Below are positions 1-9,866 of a DNA stretch of 64,000 bases, piece after piece. Position numbers and translations under genes: made by a program. Source of the stretch: a virus. The stretch is from the IMG/VR virus record IMGVR_UViG_3300030419_003252, positions 20,544 to 84,543 of that record; one strand, 5' to 3'. Every line of letters begins with the position of its first letter. Within the stretch, counting starts at the first letter, position 1. The notes beneath the pieces are model-generated. The model saw only the letters and a list, made by a program, of their open reading frames with translations, did not search any database and was not told the origin of the DNA.

Positions 1-1
1 T

Positions 2-1159
2 GCAACAATCGTTGGTACCACTAAAGTTTCAGGTGTGACAGTTACTGGTACTGATGCTTTATTTACTAATGCAACTGCTGCTAATGTTACGGGTACAACT
101 TTAGTTTCTGGAGCTATTGTTTCTGGAGCTGTTGGTCGATATGGAACTTTAACGGGTACTACTGCAACATTTACTCAAACTGCATCTGGTGCAGTTATTA
201 CTGGTGATGCTGGTCAATTTACAGTTTTAACAGGTGGGACAATTGAAGCTAGTACAAAATTATCAGGTACTGTTGTTACTGGTAGTACTTCTATTAGTGC
301 TCCGTTAATTACAGGTGCAACAATTGTTGGTACAACTAAAGTTTCGGGTACAACAGTAACAGGTGCTAGTGGTGCATTTACTTCAGTTACTGGTACAACA
401 GGTGTCTTTACTACACTTGCGTCTGGAGCAATTGTTAGTGGTGATGCTATTCAAGGAACAGTAATAACTGGAGGAACAGTTGTAGGTACCACCCTTGTTT
501 CAGGATTAACAGTCAGTGGTAATACAGGTAAATTTACAGATTTAACAGCTACCAATATTACAGGAACAATTATCACAGGTAGTACCAAAATACTTTCTCC
601 ATTAATTACTGGAGCAACAATTGTAGGTACCACTAAAGTCTCAGGATTAGTCGTTACAGGTGATACAGGTCAATTTACTAATGTTACTGCTCAAGACTTT
701 ACTGTTGAAGATGATTTTATAGTTGCTGATGATGTTACTGTTAGTGGTGATTTAGAAGTTGAAGGAACGATTAGTGGAGTAACAGTTACAGGAACTACTG
801 CTAATTTCATTACAGTTAATGCAGATGATTTAAATGTTTCTGATGATTTAGTTATTTCAGATAAATTAACAGTTACTGGAGAAATAGAAGGTAAAGGTGC
901 AAAAATTAGTGGTTTAATAATCACTGGTAGTACAAAAGTTTTATCACCCCTAATTACGGGAGCTACAGTTGTAGGTACCACCACAGTATCGGGTACAACA
1001 GTCACAGGTACTCATGGTCAATTCACAAATATGACAGCAGCTAATATCACAGGCTCAACATTAATTACTGGTACAACAATCAAAATGAGTGGAGATACAG
1101 TTGCAACTCAAACTTATGCAACAGATAGTTCAATTGTCTTTGCTATAGCTCTTGGATAA
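2..1159 (+). CDS. Tail fibre/spike shaft protein with Gly/Thr-rich beta repeats (5'-truncated by window)
   Basis: Frame open from window start; repeated SG.TITG.T and SPLITGATIVGTTKVSG units; ends in FAIALG, typical of phage fibre subunits. Confidence 0.7.
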   Translation, partial: ATIVGTTKVSGVTVTGTDALFTNATAANVTGTTLVSGAIVSGAVGRYGTLTGTTATFTQTASGAVITGDAGQFTVLTGGTIEASTKLSGTVVTGSTSISAPLITGATIVGTTKVSGTTVTGASGAFTSVTGTTGVFTTLASGAIVSGDAIQGTVITGGTVVGTTLVSGLTVSGNTGKFTDLTATNITGTIITGSTKILSPLITGATIVGTTKVSGLVVTGDTGQFTNVTAQDFTVEDDFIVADDVTVSGDLEVEGTISGVTVTGTTANFITVNADDLNVSDDLVISDKLTVTGEIEGKGAKISGLIITGSTKVLSPLITGATVVGTTTVSGTTVTGTHGQFTNMTAANITGSTLITGTTIKMSGDTVATQTYATDSSIVFAIALG

Positions 1160-1203
1160 GTGAACTTATAATTAAATTATTAGTGCTAAGGTTTTACAAA
1201 TAA

Positions 1204-1584
1204 ATGGCTCGTTTTCAATCGGTTTGCCGAGCAAGTATTTCAAATAATTCTGGCTCACCAACTACAATTATAACTGGGTCAACAAACTCAAGTGGAGTTC
1301 CTGCTACAACTTACGGAGTTATATTAAGTATTCTGGCATCAAATAAAACAGCTAACTCAGCAGATGTCACAGTTAATTTGATTAAGGCAGGTGGTACTGG
1401 AAGTCAAGTTATAAGTTCTTTAATTACTTCTGGAAATGTTCCAAATAAATCTTCTTTAGAATTTATGACGGGAAATAAAATTATTATCGAACCAGGGGAT
1501 TGGATTAAAGCTTACGCAGGAACTGCAAGTGCAATAGATATAACTGTTTCTTACATGCTTAACCCACAAGATACAACTATCTGA
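1204..1584 (+). CDS. Small tail/virion structural protein
   Basis: 126 aa beta-rich; GNKIIIEPGD motif of the small proteins that follow xxIALG-ending fibre genes. Confidence 0.6.
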   Translation: MARFQSVCRASISNNSGSPTTIITGSTNSSGVPATTYGVILSILASNKTANSADVTVNLIKAGGTGSQVISSLITSGNVPNKSSLEFMTGNKIIIEPGDWIKAYAGTASAIDITVSYMLNPQDTTI

Positions 1585-1586
1585 TC

Positions 1587-3545
1587 ATGCCATATATAGG
1601 TAACATTACTTCTGATTTCAGTATTGATACTGGAAATATAACTAATAGGGCAGTCACTGCTACAAAGTTAAGCCCTTCAAGTGTTGGTTCTAATGGTCAA
1701 GTATTAAGTATAGATGGAAGTGGAAATTTACAATGGGGAAATGATGCTAATGCTCCAGAAGGTACAGCTGTTTTATCTACAGGTGAATCAGGAACTACTA
1801 AATATTTAAGAGTAGATGGAGATGGAACTTGTTCTTGGCAGTTAGCAGTTGATGCAACAAAAACAACATTAACAGGAAGTACAGATAATACTATTACAAC
1901 CGTTACAGGTGCAAATGCGATTCAAGGTGAAGCAAACTTAACTTTTGATGGAAGCACTCTAGCTCTTGCTGGCAATATGCAGTTTACTGCTGCTAATGCA
2001 CAAATTGAATTTAATAATGGAGGTCCAAGATTTTGGAGTCCAGCAGCAAATACACTTACTATTCATACTGGTGGTGGATTTGATTCAACAGATTATGAAA
2101 GACTTCGTGTTGATTCAAGTGGAAATGTAGGTATAGGTACAACAAGTCCAACTGCTAGATTAGATGTTCGACGTGGTGATGAAGACGGTAAAATTGCAGA
2201 ATTTCATACAAGTACTGGTTTCGGATTTGAACTAGGTTCAAGTCAAACAGTGGCTTATATTGCATCTGGTAATGCCCAGATATTTCATCTAAAAACTCAT
2301 AATGGTACAAACTCACTAGAACGGTTAACAATTAAATCTGATGGAAAAGTAGGTATTGGTACAACTAGTCCAGAAGATTTATTACATATAAAAAGTGGAA
2401 AAATAAGAATAGAAAATGAAATAGTTTCAAATAACGATTCGACTATTAGTTACGACAATTCAGATTTTCTTATAGATGTAGATCCAAATAATGTTAGAGG
2501 TTCTAGTCAATTCCAAGTTAAAATAGACACGGTAGCTGGCTTAACTATTGATGATAATAGAAGAGTTGGAATAGGTACAACAAGTCCTGATTCATTACTT
2601 CATGTTGAATCAAGTGGTGCTACTTCTACAAGAATATCTGGCAATAGAGGTGATAGTAATAATTTACATATAGCAAATATTGAATTTGAAAATACTTTTG
2701 ATACTCAAGGTGTAATTGCAGAAATCAAAGCTATTACTGGTAGTAGTGGTACTCAAAGTACTAAAGGTCAACTTACTTTCTCTACAGATGATGGATCTAC
2801 ATTTGCAGAACGTTTGCGTATAGATTCAGTTGGAAGAATACTTCTAGGAACTCAAAAATCATTTGGTACTCAAAGTTATTATGATGATATTACTATTAAT
2901 AATAGTGATAGTGATTCTGGAGCTGCAGGTGGAACAGGAATTAGTTTAATTTCTGGTAATAATAGTTGGGGTGCAATATTATTTGGTGATAGTGATGATG
3001 ATGATGTTGGATATATTAAATATGCACATAGTGGCGACTATATGAGGTTTGCTACAGGTACTGGTATTAGATTTAGAATAGATAGTGATGGTGTTAAATT
3101 TAACGGTGAGACAGCAGCAGTTAATGGATTAAACGACTATGAAGAAGGTACATTCACACCAACTTTAAGAGCTTATTTTAATGGTGCTTGGCGAGATAGT
3201 TCTTATACTACAGCTCCTAGTGAAACAGTTGGTTATTTTACAAGAGTTGGAAATCTTGTGTATATCTTTGGAAGATTTGTAGGTTTTGATTTGGATTCTG
3301 ATTCAGATGGTGCTTATGCTGGATTTGGAGGATTACCATTTGATTCGGCATCAGGTACTGGAAAATATCCAATAATTCAAACATTTAATGCTAATTGTTT
3401 TGCTGATGCTGGTATTGGATTTTATATAGGTGCAAGTTCTAAATATGCTTACAGTGCTAGATATGATTCTGATGATGGACATACTACTTGGAGTAGCAGT
3501 AGTGGTAGAGGTTTTTGGTTCTGGGCTACTTATTTTGCTGCTTAA
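1587..3545 (+). CDS. Tail fibre / receptor-binding protein 1
   Basis: MPYIG N-terminus, GNVGIGTTSP repeats, C-terminal LNDYEEGTFTP...YFTRVGNLV tip domain. Confidence 0.8.
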   Translation: MPYIGNITSDFSIDTGNITNRAVTATKLSPSSVGSNGQVLSIDGSGNLQWGNDANAPEGTAVLSTGESGTTKYLRVDGDGTCSWQLAVDATKTTLTGSTDNTITTVTGANAIQGEANLTFDGSTLALAGNMQFTAANAQIEFNNGGPRFWSPAANTLTIHTGGGFDSTDYERLRVDSSGNVGIGTTSPTARLDVRRGDEDGKIAEFHTSTGFGFELGSSQTVAYIASGNAQIFHLKTHNGTNSLERLTIKSDGKVGIGTTSPEDLLHIKSGKIRIENEIVSNNDSTISYDNSDFLIDVDPNNVRGSSQFQVKIDTVAGLTIDDNRRVGIGTTSPDSLLHVESSGATSTRISGNRGDSNNLHIANIEFENTFDTQGVIAEIKAITGSSGTQSTKGQLTFSTDDGSTFAERLRIDSVGRILLGTQKSFGTQSYYDDITINNSDSDSGAAGGTGISLISGNNSWGAILFGDSDDDDVGYIKYAHSGDYMRFATGTGIRFRIDSDGVKFNGETAAVNGLNDYEEGTFTPTLRAYFNGAWRDSSYTTAPSETVGYFTRVGNLVYIFGRFVGFDLDSDSDGAYAGFGGLPFDSASGTGKYPIIQTFNANCFADAGIGFYIGASSKYAYSARYDSDDGHTTWSSSSGRGFWFWATYFAA

Positions 3546-3549
3546 AATC

Positions 3550-3571
3550 CTAAATGTACTACGAATAAAAT
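3550..3571 (+). repeat. 22-bp post-fibre motif copy 1 (CTAAATGTACTACGAATAAAAT)
   Basis: 21/22 identical to copies at 6432, 7717 and 24568(-); starts 4 nt after the stop codon. Confidence 0.9.
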
Positions 3572-3594
3572 ATATGTAATATCAATTAAATAAA

Positions 3595-3933
3595 ATGGCT
3601 GTTGTTTGGAATGTAGTTGCCTTAGATCGTGCTCCTACAGAAGGTTCTCTTGCTGATGTCGTTAAAACTGTACATTGGACTGCTCAAGATTCAGAAACTG
3701 TAGGTTCTGGTGATTCTGCTGTTACTCATACAGGTTCTTCTTATGGTTCTATTTCATTAGGTGCTGCTGATGCTAGTAATTTCACAGCATATGATTCAAT
3801 TACTAAAGACAATGCAGTTGCTTGGGCAAAAGCTGCTCTTGGTTCTGATCAAGTTACAGCCATAGAAACAGGAGTTGCGGCACAGATTACTGAGTCGAAA
3901 ACACCGACCTCTAAAACTGGTGTCCCTTGGTAG
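3595..3933 (+). CDS. Fibre-associated small protein (assembly/chaperone-like)
   Basis: Cyanophage-type family (WNVVALDR...VHW...GVPW) that typically follows fibre genes. Confidence 0.6.
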   Translation: MAVVWNVVALDRAPTEGSLADVVKTVHWTAQDSETVGSGDSAVTHTGSSYGSISLGAADASNFTAYDSITKDNAVAWAKAALGSDQVTAIETGVAAQITESKTPTSKTGVPW

Positions 3934-3969
3934 GATTTGATATATAATTAAAATAGTTTTTAAAGAGTC

Positions 3970-4164
3970 ATGCCTTCCATAGACGAAAGAATCAGTACAT
4001 TAACTGAAGAATTAAAAGGAGCTGTTGAAAAACATAATCAAGCTTTAGAAGTTGTTAATACTGAAAAAGAAAAAGCATTTGGTCTTCAAAAACAGCTTGA
4101 ACTACTAAATGAAATGAAAGCAGAAGAGAATCCAGAAGAAGCAACAGTAACTGAAGTTGTTTAA
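3970..4164 (+). CDS. Small coiled-coil protein
   Basis: 64 aa heptad pattern, in operon context. Confidence 0.6.
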   Translation: MPSIDERISTLTEELKGAVEKHNQALEVVNTEKEKAFGLQKQLELLNEMKAEENPEEATVTEVV

Positions 4165-4220
4165 ATATTCTCGCTAGAGTTAGTCAATTTAGAATAGTTA
4201 AGAGTTAGTGGTATGGAAGC

Positions 4221-4880
4221 TTGTCTTACATTGGACAAAGACCTGTTGTTGGTAGATATACCAAGTTAGATCAGATTAATACTGGTTTTAATGGTAATAC
4301 TGCTACGTTTAATTTAACTGCTGGTAGTCAAGCAGTTTTACCAGGTACAGAGCAAAATTTATTATTGTCGTTAGGTGGTGTAATACAGGAACCAAAAACA
4401 GATTTCACAATTTCTGGTTCACAAATTACTTTTACCACTGCACCTGTTGCTAATACAACATTCTTTTGTGTTGTTTTTGGCGACATGCAATCAATTGGGC
4501 AACCAAGTGATGGCACAGTTATACCAGCTAGTATTGCAAGCACAGGAGATTTTACTTTTCCTGCTGATATTAAATCTGATGGTACTGGAGGAGTTAAAGT
4601 TCCTGTTGGTAATACAGCACAACGACCTTCTAATGCAGCTGGATATATAAGATATAACAGTCAAATATCTAAATTTGAAGGTTATGGATCTAGTTGGGGA
4701 CTATTAGGAGGTGGTGCAACTGGTGGTGGAGCAGATAAAGTTTTCGTAGAAACAAATCAAGATATAACAACGTCTTATACATTGACTACAAATTTTAATG
4801 CAATGACTGCAGGTCCAGTAGACATTGCAGCATCAGCTACTGTCACTGTCCCAGCTGGGGCTTCTTGGGTAATTGTTTAG
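4221..4880 (+). CDS. Tail fibre/baseplate-associated structural protein
   Basis: TTG start, SYIGQRP N-terminus, GVIQEP..DFTISGSQITF, GYIRYN..FEGY and C-terminal W.IV motifs common to marine phage fibre proteins. Confidence 0.7.
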   Translation: MSYIGQRPVVGRYTKLDQINTGFNGNTATFNLTAGSQAVLPGTEQNLLLSLGGVIQEPKTDFTISGSQITFTTAPVANTTFFCVVFGDMQSIGQPSDGTVIPASIASTGDFTFPADIKSDGTGGVKVPVGNTAQRPSNAAGYIRYNSQISKFEGYGSSWGLLGGGATGGGADKVFVETNQDITTSYTLTTNFNAMTAGPVDIAASATVTVPAGASWVIV

Positions 4881-4888
4881 GAGATACT

Positions 4889-6427
4889 ATGGCACTCACA
4901 CTTAACGGAACAACAGGACTTTCAGGTATTGTAGGTAGTGCAGGAACACCAGCATTACAAGGAGGTGATACCAATACTGGTTATTTTTTTGGTACAGATA
5001 CTTTAGGTTTAAGTACAGGTGGTACTCAAAGACTTCAGATTGATTCTAGTGGAAATATAAAACTAGGTTCAGGAGCTACTCAAACGTTAGCTATAAAAGA
5101 TTATGGATATAGTGGAACTTACAAAAATATAATGATTGGAAATCCTGGTTCAAATGTAGGATCAGTAGGTATATGCGTAGATGTTTCAACAATATCTGGA
5201 GGTAATTTTGCAGCTCAACATCAGGCAATATTAGGCAAAAATGGATTTCTTATGCCTAATGAAGCAGGTGATAATTATATTGGAGTATTACGTAGAGATT
5301 CAAGTGCAAATAAACTTTATATTGGTCCAGGTATATCAAGTGGTCTTACAAGTGGTCCTTTAACTCTTGAAACTTCATATGTAGGTATTGGTACAACAGC
5401 TCCTACAGCAGAATTAGAAATTTTTCATGCTACTGATCCAGAAATACATTTAAATATTAATACTCATGGTGATGTAGGAAAAATACTGGGTGATGCAGAT
5501 GGCTTAACATTAACTGGAAACGGAAGTAGCAACCAAATTAGATTTAAAACTAATAATGAGCACCGAATGCGTATAGATTCCAGTGGGAGACTCTTAAAAG
5601 GTGTTCTTAGTTCCGAAGCATCAAGAAGTAATACAAGTACAAGAAATCCACACGTTCAACTTTCAAGTCCTTGGTCTAGTGGATTAGGTAGTACGTCAAT
5701 TACTTGTACAGATGACTATCCAATTCTATTTATTAATAGTAATGCAAATTACGTAGATAATGCTGGAGCAGGTGTAATAACATTTAGTATCAAAGATGGT
5801 GCAGGTAATTATTGCAATACTGCTGAAATAAGATCTCAAATAGATGGTAGTCCAGGTAATGATGATTCCCCTGGAGAATTATCATTTAGAACAACTGCTG
5901 ATGGGTCTTGTCAGCCTACTGAAAGGTTGAAAATCCATAGAAATGGAAATGTTGAAATTAATGATGGTGATTTAATAATAGGAACTGCTGGTCACGGTAT
6001 TGACTTTTCTCAAACTAATTCTTCTGAAACAGGTGTTACCGTTGATGAAGAGGTTTTAGATCATTTTGAAGAAGGAACCTGGACACCAACTCAGCCTACT
6101 GTAGGTTGGTATAGTGGTACAGAAATAGAAGGAAAATACCAACGAGTTGGACATTGGGTTACAGCTAGTTTTATTGTTAGATTTGCGAGTAATGCTAGTG
6201 CTATTGCTGGTTATATAGATGGGCTTCCATATGTTAGTGCTGGAGCTAATACTGAATATAAGTATGGTGGTTCTGTTTCATACACTACTGATAGTAATGT
6301 TAATAGTTTTTTAGTTGAAAATGCTACTGCTCGAATACATTTATATAACGATACTGGTGGGGGTATTCAATTAACTCATTTAGATGATGATTATGTAAGA
6401 GGAACAGTTATATATAGAGTCGCATAG
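4889..6427 (+). CDS. Tail fibre / receptor-binding protein 2
   Basis: ATG at 4889 (MALTLNG) after GGAG; VGIGTT repeat; GIDFS...LDHFEEGTWTP...YQRVGHWV tip domain. Confidence 0.8.
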   Translation: MALTLNGTTGLSGIVGSAGTPALQGGDTNTGYFFGTDTLGLSTGGTQRLQIDSSGNIKLGSGATQTLAIKDYGYSGTYKNIMIGNPGSNVGSVGICVDVSTISGGNFAAQHQAILGKNGFLMPNEAGDNYIGVLRRDSSANKLYIGPGISSGLTSGPLTLETSYVGIGTTAPTAELEIFHATDPEIHLNINTHGDVGKILGDADGLTLTGNGSSNQIRFKTNNEHRMRIDSSGRLLKGVLSSEASRSNTSTRNPHVQLSSPWSSGLGSTSITCTDDYPILFINSNANYVDNAGAGVITFSIKDGAGNYCNTAEIRSQIDGSPGNDDSPGELSFRTTADGSCQPTERLKIHRNGNVEINDGDLIIGTAGHGIDFSQTNSSETGVTVDEEVLDHFEEGTWTPTQPTVGWYSGTEIEGKYQRVGHWVTASFIVRFASNASAIAGYIDGLPYVSAGANTEYKYGGSVSYTTDSNVNSFLVENATARIHLYNDTGGGIQLTHLDDDYVRGTVIYRVA

Positions 6428-6431
6428 TTAT

Positions 6432-6453
6432 CTAAATGTATTACGAATAAAAT
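6432..6453 (+). repeat. 22-bp post-fibre motif copy 2 (CTAAATGTATTACGAATAAAAT)
   Basis: 4 nt after TAG; identity with copy 3 extends over TTATCTAAATGTATTACGAATAAAATGTATTTAAG. Confidence 0.9.
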
Positions 6454-6473
6454 GTATTTAAGGGATTGATATT

Positions 6474-7712
6474 ATGGCACTTAGACTTCGGGGAGCTACA
6501 TCTGGTTATATCGAGTTAAAAGCTCCTGCATCTGCTGGAGATAATACTTTAACTCTGCCAACAAATAACGGAGGTGCTAATCAACTTTTAAAAATAGATG
6601 GTTCAGGAAATTTAAGTTGGCAAGCAAATCTTACTTTTGATGGAACACAATTAAATGTCAAGGGATCAGGAACAGATATTTTAAAGATTGAATCTACTGA
6701 TGCTGGTGCTCAAGGAACAAATTTAATCTTACAGCATAGTCCTGGTGCAGGAAATATGGCTGCTAATGATGTTATTAGTTTGCTTCAATTTAATGGTGTA
6801 GACGATAGCAATAATCCTACTACATACTCTTCAATTCGAGCAGTTGCAACTGATGTTTCTAATAATTCTGAGAAGGGTGATTTAACATTCTTTACTCGTA
6901 ATGGTAGTACTTTTGCTGAATGTATGCGTATAAATTCTAATGGTGATTTAAATCTTGGAAATAATCCAACCAATCAATATGGATATAAATTAAATATACA
7001 AGATAGTGCAATTTTATATGCACAGACTGCATCAAATAATGGAACAGAACTGAAGTTATATTTAGATCACGGAAATACAGTTGCTAATTTTGGAACAGTA
7101 TCAACATCTCATTTAGCATTTGTAACAGCAAACACAGAAAAAGTTCGTATTACATCTGATGGTGATTTAACTATTGATAACGGTGATCTAAAAATAGGAA
7201 CAGCTGGCAAAGGTATTGACTTTAGTATCAATTCTGATGGTTCCAGAGCAGTAACTACTAATGGAAATCTATTTGACGACTATGAAGAAGGGACATTTAA
7301 TGCTCAATTAGGAGGAGCAACTAATCATGGTACACATGAAATAACTGGAGGTGGTACTTATACAAAAATAGGTAGAAAAGTATATATGCAAATATCATTT
7401 CAAAACAGTGATTTAAATGATGGTGCTTCTGGTCAAGTAATAATTAAAAATTTACCATTTACTTTTGTTGATTCAACTGTTAATAGCAGTCATGTTTGTG
7501 CTGGAGTAAGTGCTGATTTTGTTACTACTAATGTTACCTATCCTCATAGTGGAGACATGAACCGATACGTTTGGCAATTAATAGCTTCTGCTGGTCACAT
7601 TAAAGGATATAGAGTTAATGATGGAGGCAGTATGACAGATTGGGATGCTAGTCATTGGGTAGCATCTAGTATGGAACTTAGACTTAATATTAGCTCATTA
7701 ACAGCAACTTAA
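6474..7712 (+). CDS. Tail fibre / receptor-binding protein 3
   Basis: LRGATSGYIELKAP N-terminus; GIDFS...FDDYEEGTF...YTKIGRKV tip domain. Confidence 0.8.
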   Translation: MALRLRGATSGYIELKAPASAGDNTLTLPTNNGGANQLLKIDGSGNLSWQANLTFDGTQLNVKGSGTDILKIESTDAGAQGTNLILQHSPGAGNMAANDVISLLQFNGVDDSNNPTTYSSIRAVATDVSNNSEKGDLTFFTRNGSTFAECMRINSNGDLNLGNNPTNQYGYKLNIQDSAILYAQTASNNGTELKLYLDHGNTVANFGTVSTSHLAFVTANTEKVRITSDGDLTIDNGDLKIGTAGKGIDFSINSDGSRAVTTNGNLFDDYEEGTFNAQLGGATNHGTHEITGGGTYTKIGRKVYMQISFQNSDLNDGASGQVIIKNLPFTFVDSTVNSSHVCAGVSADFVTTNVTYPHSGDMNRYVWQLIASAGHIKGYRVNDGGSMTDWDASHWVASSMELRLNISSLTAT

Positions 7713-7716
7713 TTAT

Positions 7717-7738
7717 CTAAATGTATTACGAATAAAAT
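7717..7738 (+). repeat. 22-bp post-fibre motif copy 3
   Basis: 4 nt after TAA; identical to copy 2. Confidence 0.9.
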
Positions 7739-7758
7739 GTATTTAAGAGACTGAGATT

Positions 7759-9405
7759 ATGGCAACACTTAAAGTCACAAATATAAAGAACGATGGTTTT
7801 GCTGGTGATCAGCTTTATCTTAAATCAGATGGAAAAATTGGTATAGGTACAGCAAGTCCAGGACATAAATTAGTTATTTCTCAAACGAATAGTGGTGGTA
7901 TAGCAGCAATTCATTTACCTGTTGATGAAAGTACAATATTAGGTCCAAATGCAAATACCTATTTAAAAATGGGTGGAAATGTTGTATTAGGAGCGAATGG
8001 TCAAATAGATCTTACAACTTCAGGTGCTTCAAAATTAACAATAAAAAATGATGGAAATGTAGGTATAGGGACAACAAATCCAACTAATTTATTAGAAATC
8101 TCAGGTGGATTAGTTAGATGTCTTGGTACTGCTTCTGCAAGATTTACAGTTAATAATGGCGCAGCAGAAGGCTTTTTTGGATGGAATAGTGGAACGTTAT
8201 ATCTTGGAGGGGCTTCTGCATTATTAAATATAACTGCATCAGGTAGTAACAATATTCAATTAGAGACTAATAGTTCTACAAGGATGACTATTAAATCAGA
8301 TGGAAATATAGAAGTAGGTGGTAATTTAAAAACTAATAATTTACCTGGTAAAAATTTAGTTATTAACGGTGCGATGCAAATCGCTCAAAGAAGTTCATCA
8401 TCTTCAACTATAGGATATCATACTGTTGATAGGTTTCAAATAGGATATGGAGGGCATGATGAAGTTCTTACAGCTAGTCATCATAGTTTAACTTCTTCTG
8501 ATACTGGACCTTGGGAAGAAGGATTTAGAAAATCTTTCCATGTACAGAATGGAAACCAGACAAGTGGTGCTGATGCAGGAGATTACTCTCAAATAATTTA
8601 CAAACCTGAAGGGCAAGATATAAATCGCTCTGGGTGGAATTTTACAGACCCTAATAGTAAGATAACTCTTTCTTATTGGATTAAAGCTAGTGTTGCACAG
8701 AACTACTATGGATTCATAGAAGCAGGTGGTCCAACACGAATATTTGGTTGGGAAACAGGAGCATTAACTGCTAATACTTGGAAAAAAGTAACTGTTACTA
8801 TTCCAGGCTACGCTAGTTTAGCGATTCCTGATACTAGTGGAACTGCCTTCAGCATTGCCTTCATTCCTTATTATGGGACTAATTATACTGCTGCTAGTGG
8901 TCGAGATGTAGGACAATGGTACACAGCCTATAATTATCTTCCTACTAATACATCTACTTGGTGGACTACTAATGATTCAACATTTGAAATAACAGGCGTT
9001 CAGCTTGAAGTTGGATCTATAGCTACAGAGTTTGAACATAGATCGTATGGTGATGAATTAACTAGGTGTCAGAGATATTTTGTTTCTTATGGTAAGACAA
9101 CAGGTTTTCATATTGGAATGGGAACAGCATATAGTGCAAGTGCTTTAAATATTAGTGTTCCTTTACCAGTGCCTATGAGAGCTGACCCGACAGTTGCTAA
9201 AATTGCAAATGGTAGTAGTGAATGGTTACATGCATATGTTGGAGCAACAGGAACAATCAGTGATCCTACTCCACAATTAGGAGAATCTGGAATGAGTGTT
9301 TATCGTGTATATGTTCCTAGTGCTGGAAGTGGTTGGACCGCTGGAGATTCTTTTTGGTGTCAAATACGTCCTGATGCTAGATTGACTTTTAGTGCTGAAT
9401 TATAA
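7759..9405 (+). CDS. Tail fibre protein with carbohydrate-binding-like domain
   Basis: GIGT repeats followed by NLVINGAMQIAQR...TGVQLEVG..AT.FEHRSYGDEL.RCQRY domain typical of marine phage fibres. Confidence 0.8.
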   Translation: MATLKVTNIKNDGFAGDQLYLKSDGKIGIGTASPGHKLVISQTNSGGIAAIHLPVDESTILGPNANTYLKMGGNVVLGANGQIDLTTSGASKLTIKNDGNVGIGTTNPTNLLEISGGLVRCLGTASARFTVNNGAAEGFFGWNSGTLYLGGASALLNITASGSNNIQLETNSSTRMTIKSDGNIEVGGNLKTNNLPGKNLVINGAMQIAQRSSSSSTIGYHTVDRFQIGYGGHDEVLTASHHSLTSSDTGPWEEGFRKSFHVQNGNQTSGADAGDYSQIIYKPEGQDINRSGWNFTDPNSKITLSYWIKASVAQNYYGFIEAGGPTRIFGWETGALTANTWKKVTVTIPGYASLAIPDTSGTAFSIAFIPYYGTNYTAASGRDVGQWYTAYNYLPTNTSTWWTTNDSTFEITGVQLEVGSIATEFEHRSYGDELTRCQRYFVSYGKTTGFHIGMGTAYSASALNISVPLPVPMRADPTVAKIANGSSEWLHAYVGATGTISDPTPQLGESGMSVYRVYVPSAGSGWTAGDSFWCQIRPDARLTFSAEL

Positions 9406-9407
9406 CT

Positions 9408-9569
9408 ATGGCTGATTATAAATTAAACATCACACCTCCTTCTGAGACTGTTAATTCTGTTTTTAGAAAATCAGATAATGTTTGTATTCCTTTTGCAATA
9501 GGAAATAAAGATTATGATGATTATTTAGAATGGGTAGCAGAAGGAAATACTCCTGATCCTGCTGACTGA
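9408..9569 (+). CDS. Small fibre-associated protein (53 aa, not in ORF track)
   Basis: MADYKL...IPF...N.DY..YLEWVAEGNTPDPAD, a family usually found after RCQRY-type fibres. Confidence 0.75.
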   Translation: MADYKLNITPPSETVNSVFRKSDNVCIPFAIGNKDYDDYLEWVAEGNTPDPAD

Positions 9570-9614
9570 TAAGTCTATTTCTCATATAATTAGGACATCA
9601 ATTACTTTTTCATT

Positions 9615-9866
9615 ATGCAAAAAATAATTAATGTACTTTCTATTGCGTCTTTCGTTATATCTGCTTCCGTTGTTGGTGCTGGTGTTTACATATATGCAAA
9701 TAAGGATGCACTCCTAGAAAGTGCTAAAGAAAAAATTATGAAGCAAGTAGGAGCTGCAGCTGTAGGAGAAGCTTTAAAAAATCTTCCAACTCCAGAACTA
9801 CCTAGTATGACTGGTCCTGTTGCACCAAGAAGTGGAAGAAGTGGGCTAGGAGTTCCTCAGTTCTAA
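9615..9866 (+). CDS. Membrane-anchored cyanophage protein
   Basis: N-terminal TM helix (MQKIINVLSIASF...), Pro-rich tail. Confidence 0.75.
   Translation: MQKIINVLSIASFVISASVVGAGVYIYANKDALLESAKEKIMKQVGAAAVGEALKNLPTPELPSMTGPVAPRSGRSGLGVPQF

Noticed and set aside
6432-6453. Resemblance of the 22-bp motif to loxP/dif (ATGTAT, TACGAA) or an NtcA box
   Set aside because: No proper inverted arms; GTA-N1-TAC spacing is not the NtcA GTA-N8-TAC.
3100-7738. Diversity-generating retroelement acting on fibre tips
   Set aside because: No reverse transcriptase and no template repeat differing only at adenines in the window.
451-8252. Short antisense ORFs inside fibre genes (451, 691, 4328, 6785, 8001) and similar shadows elsewhere (e.g. 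20642, 26281, 29722, 43851)
   Set aside because: Expected shadows of biased codon usage opposite well-supported genes.
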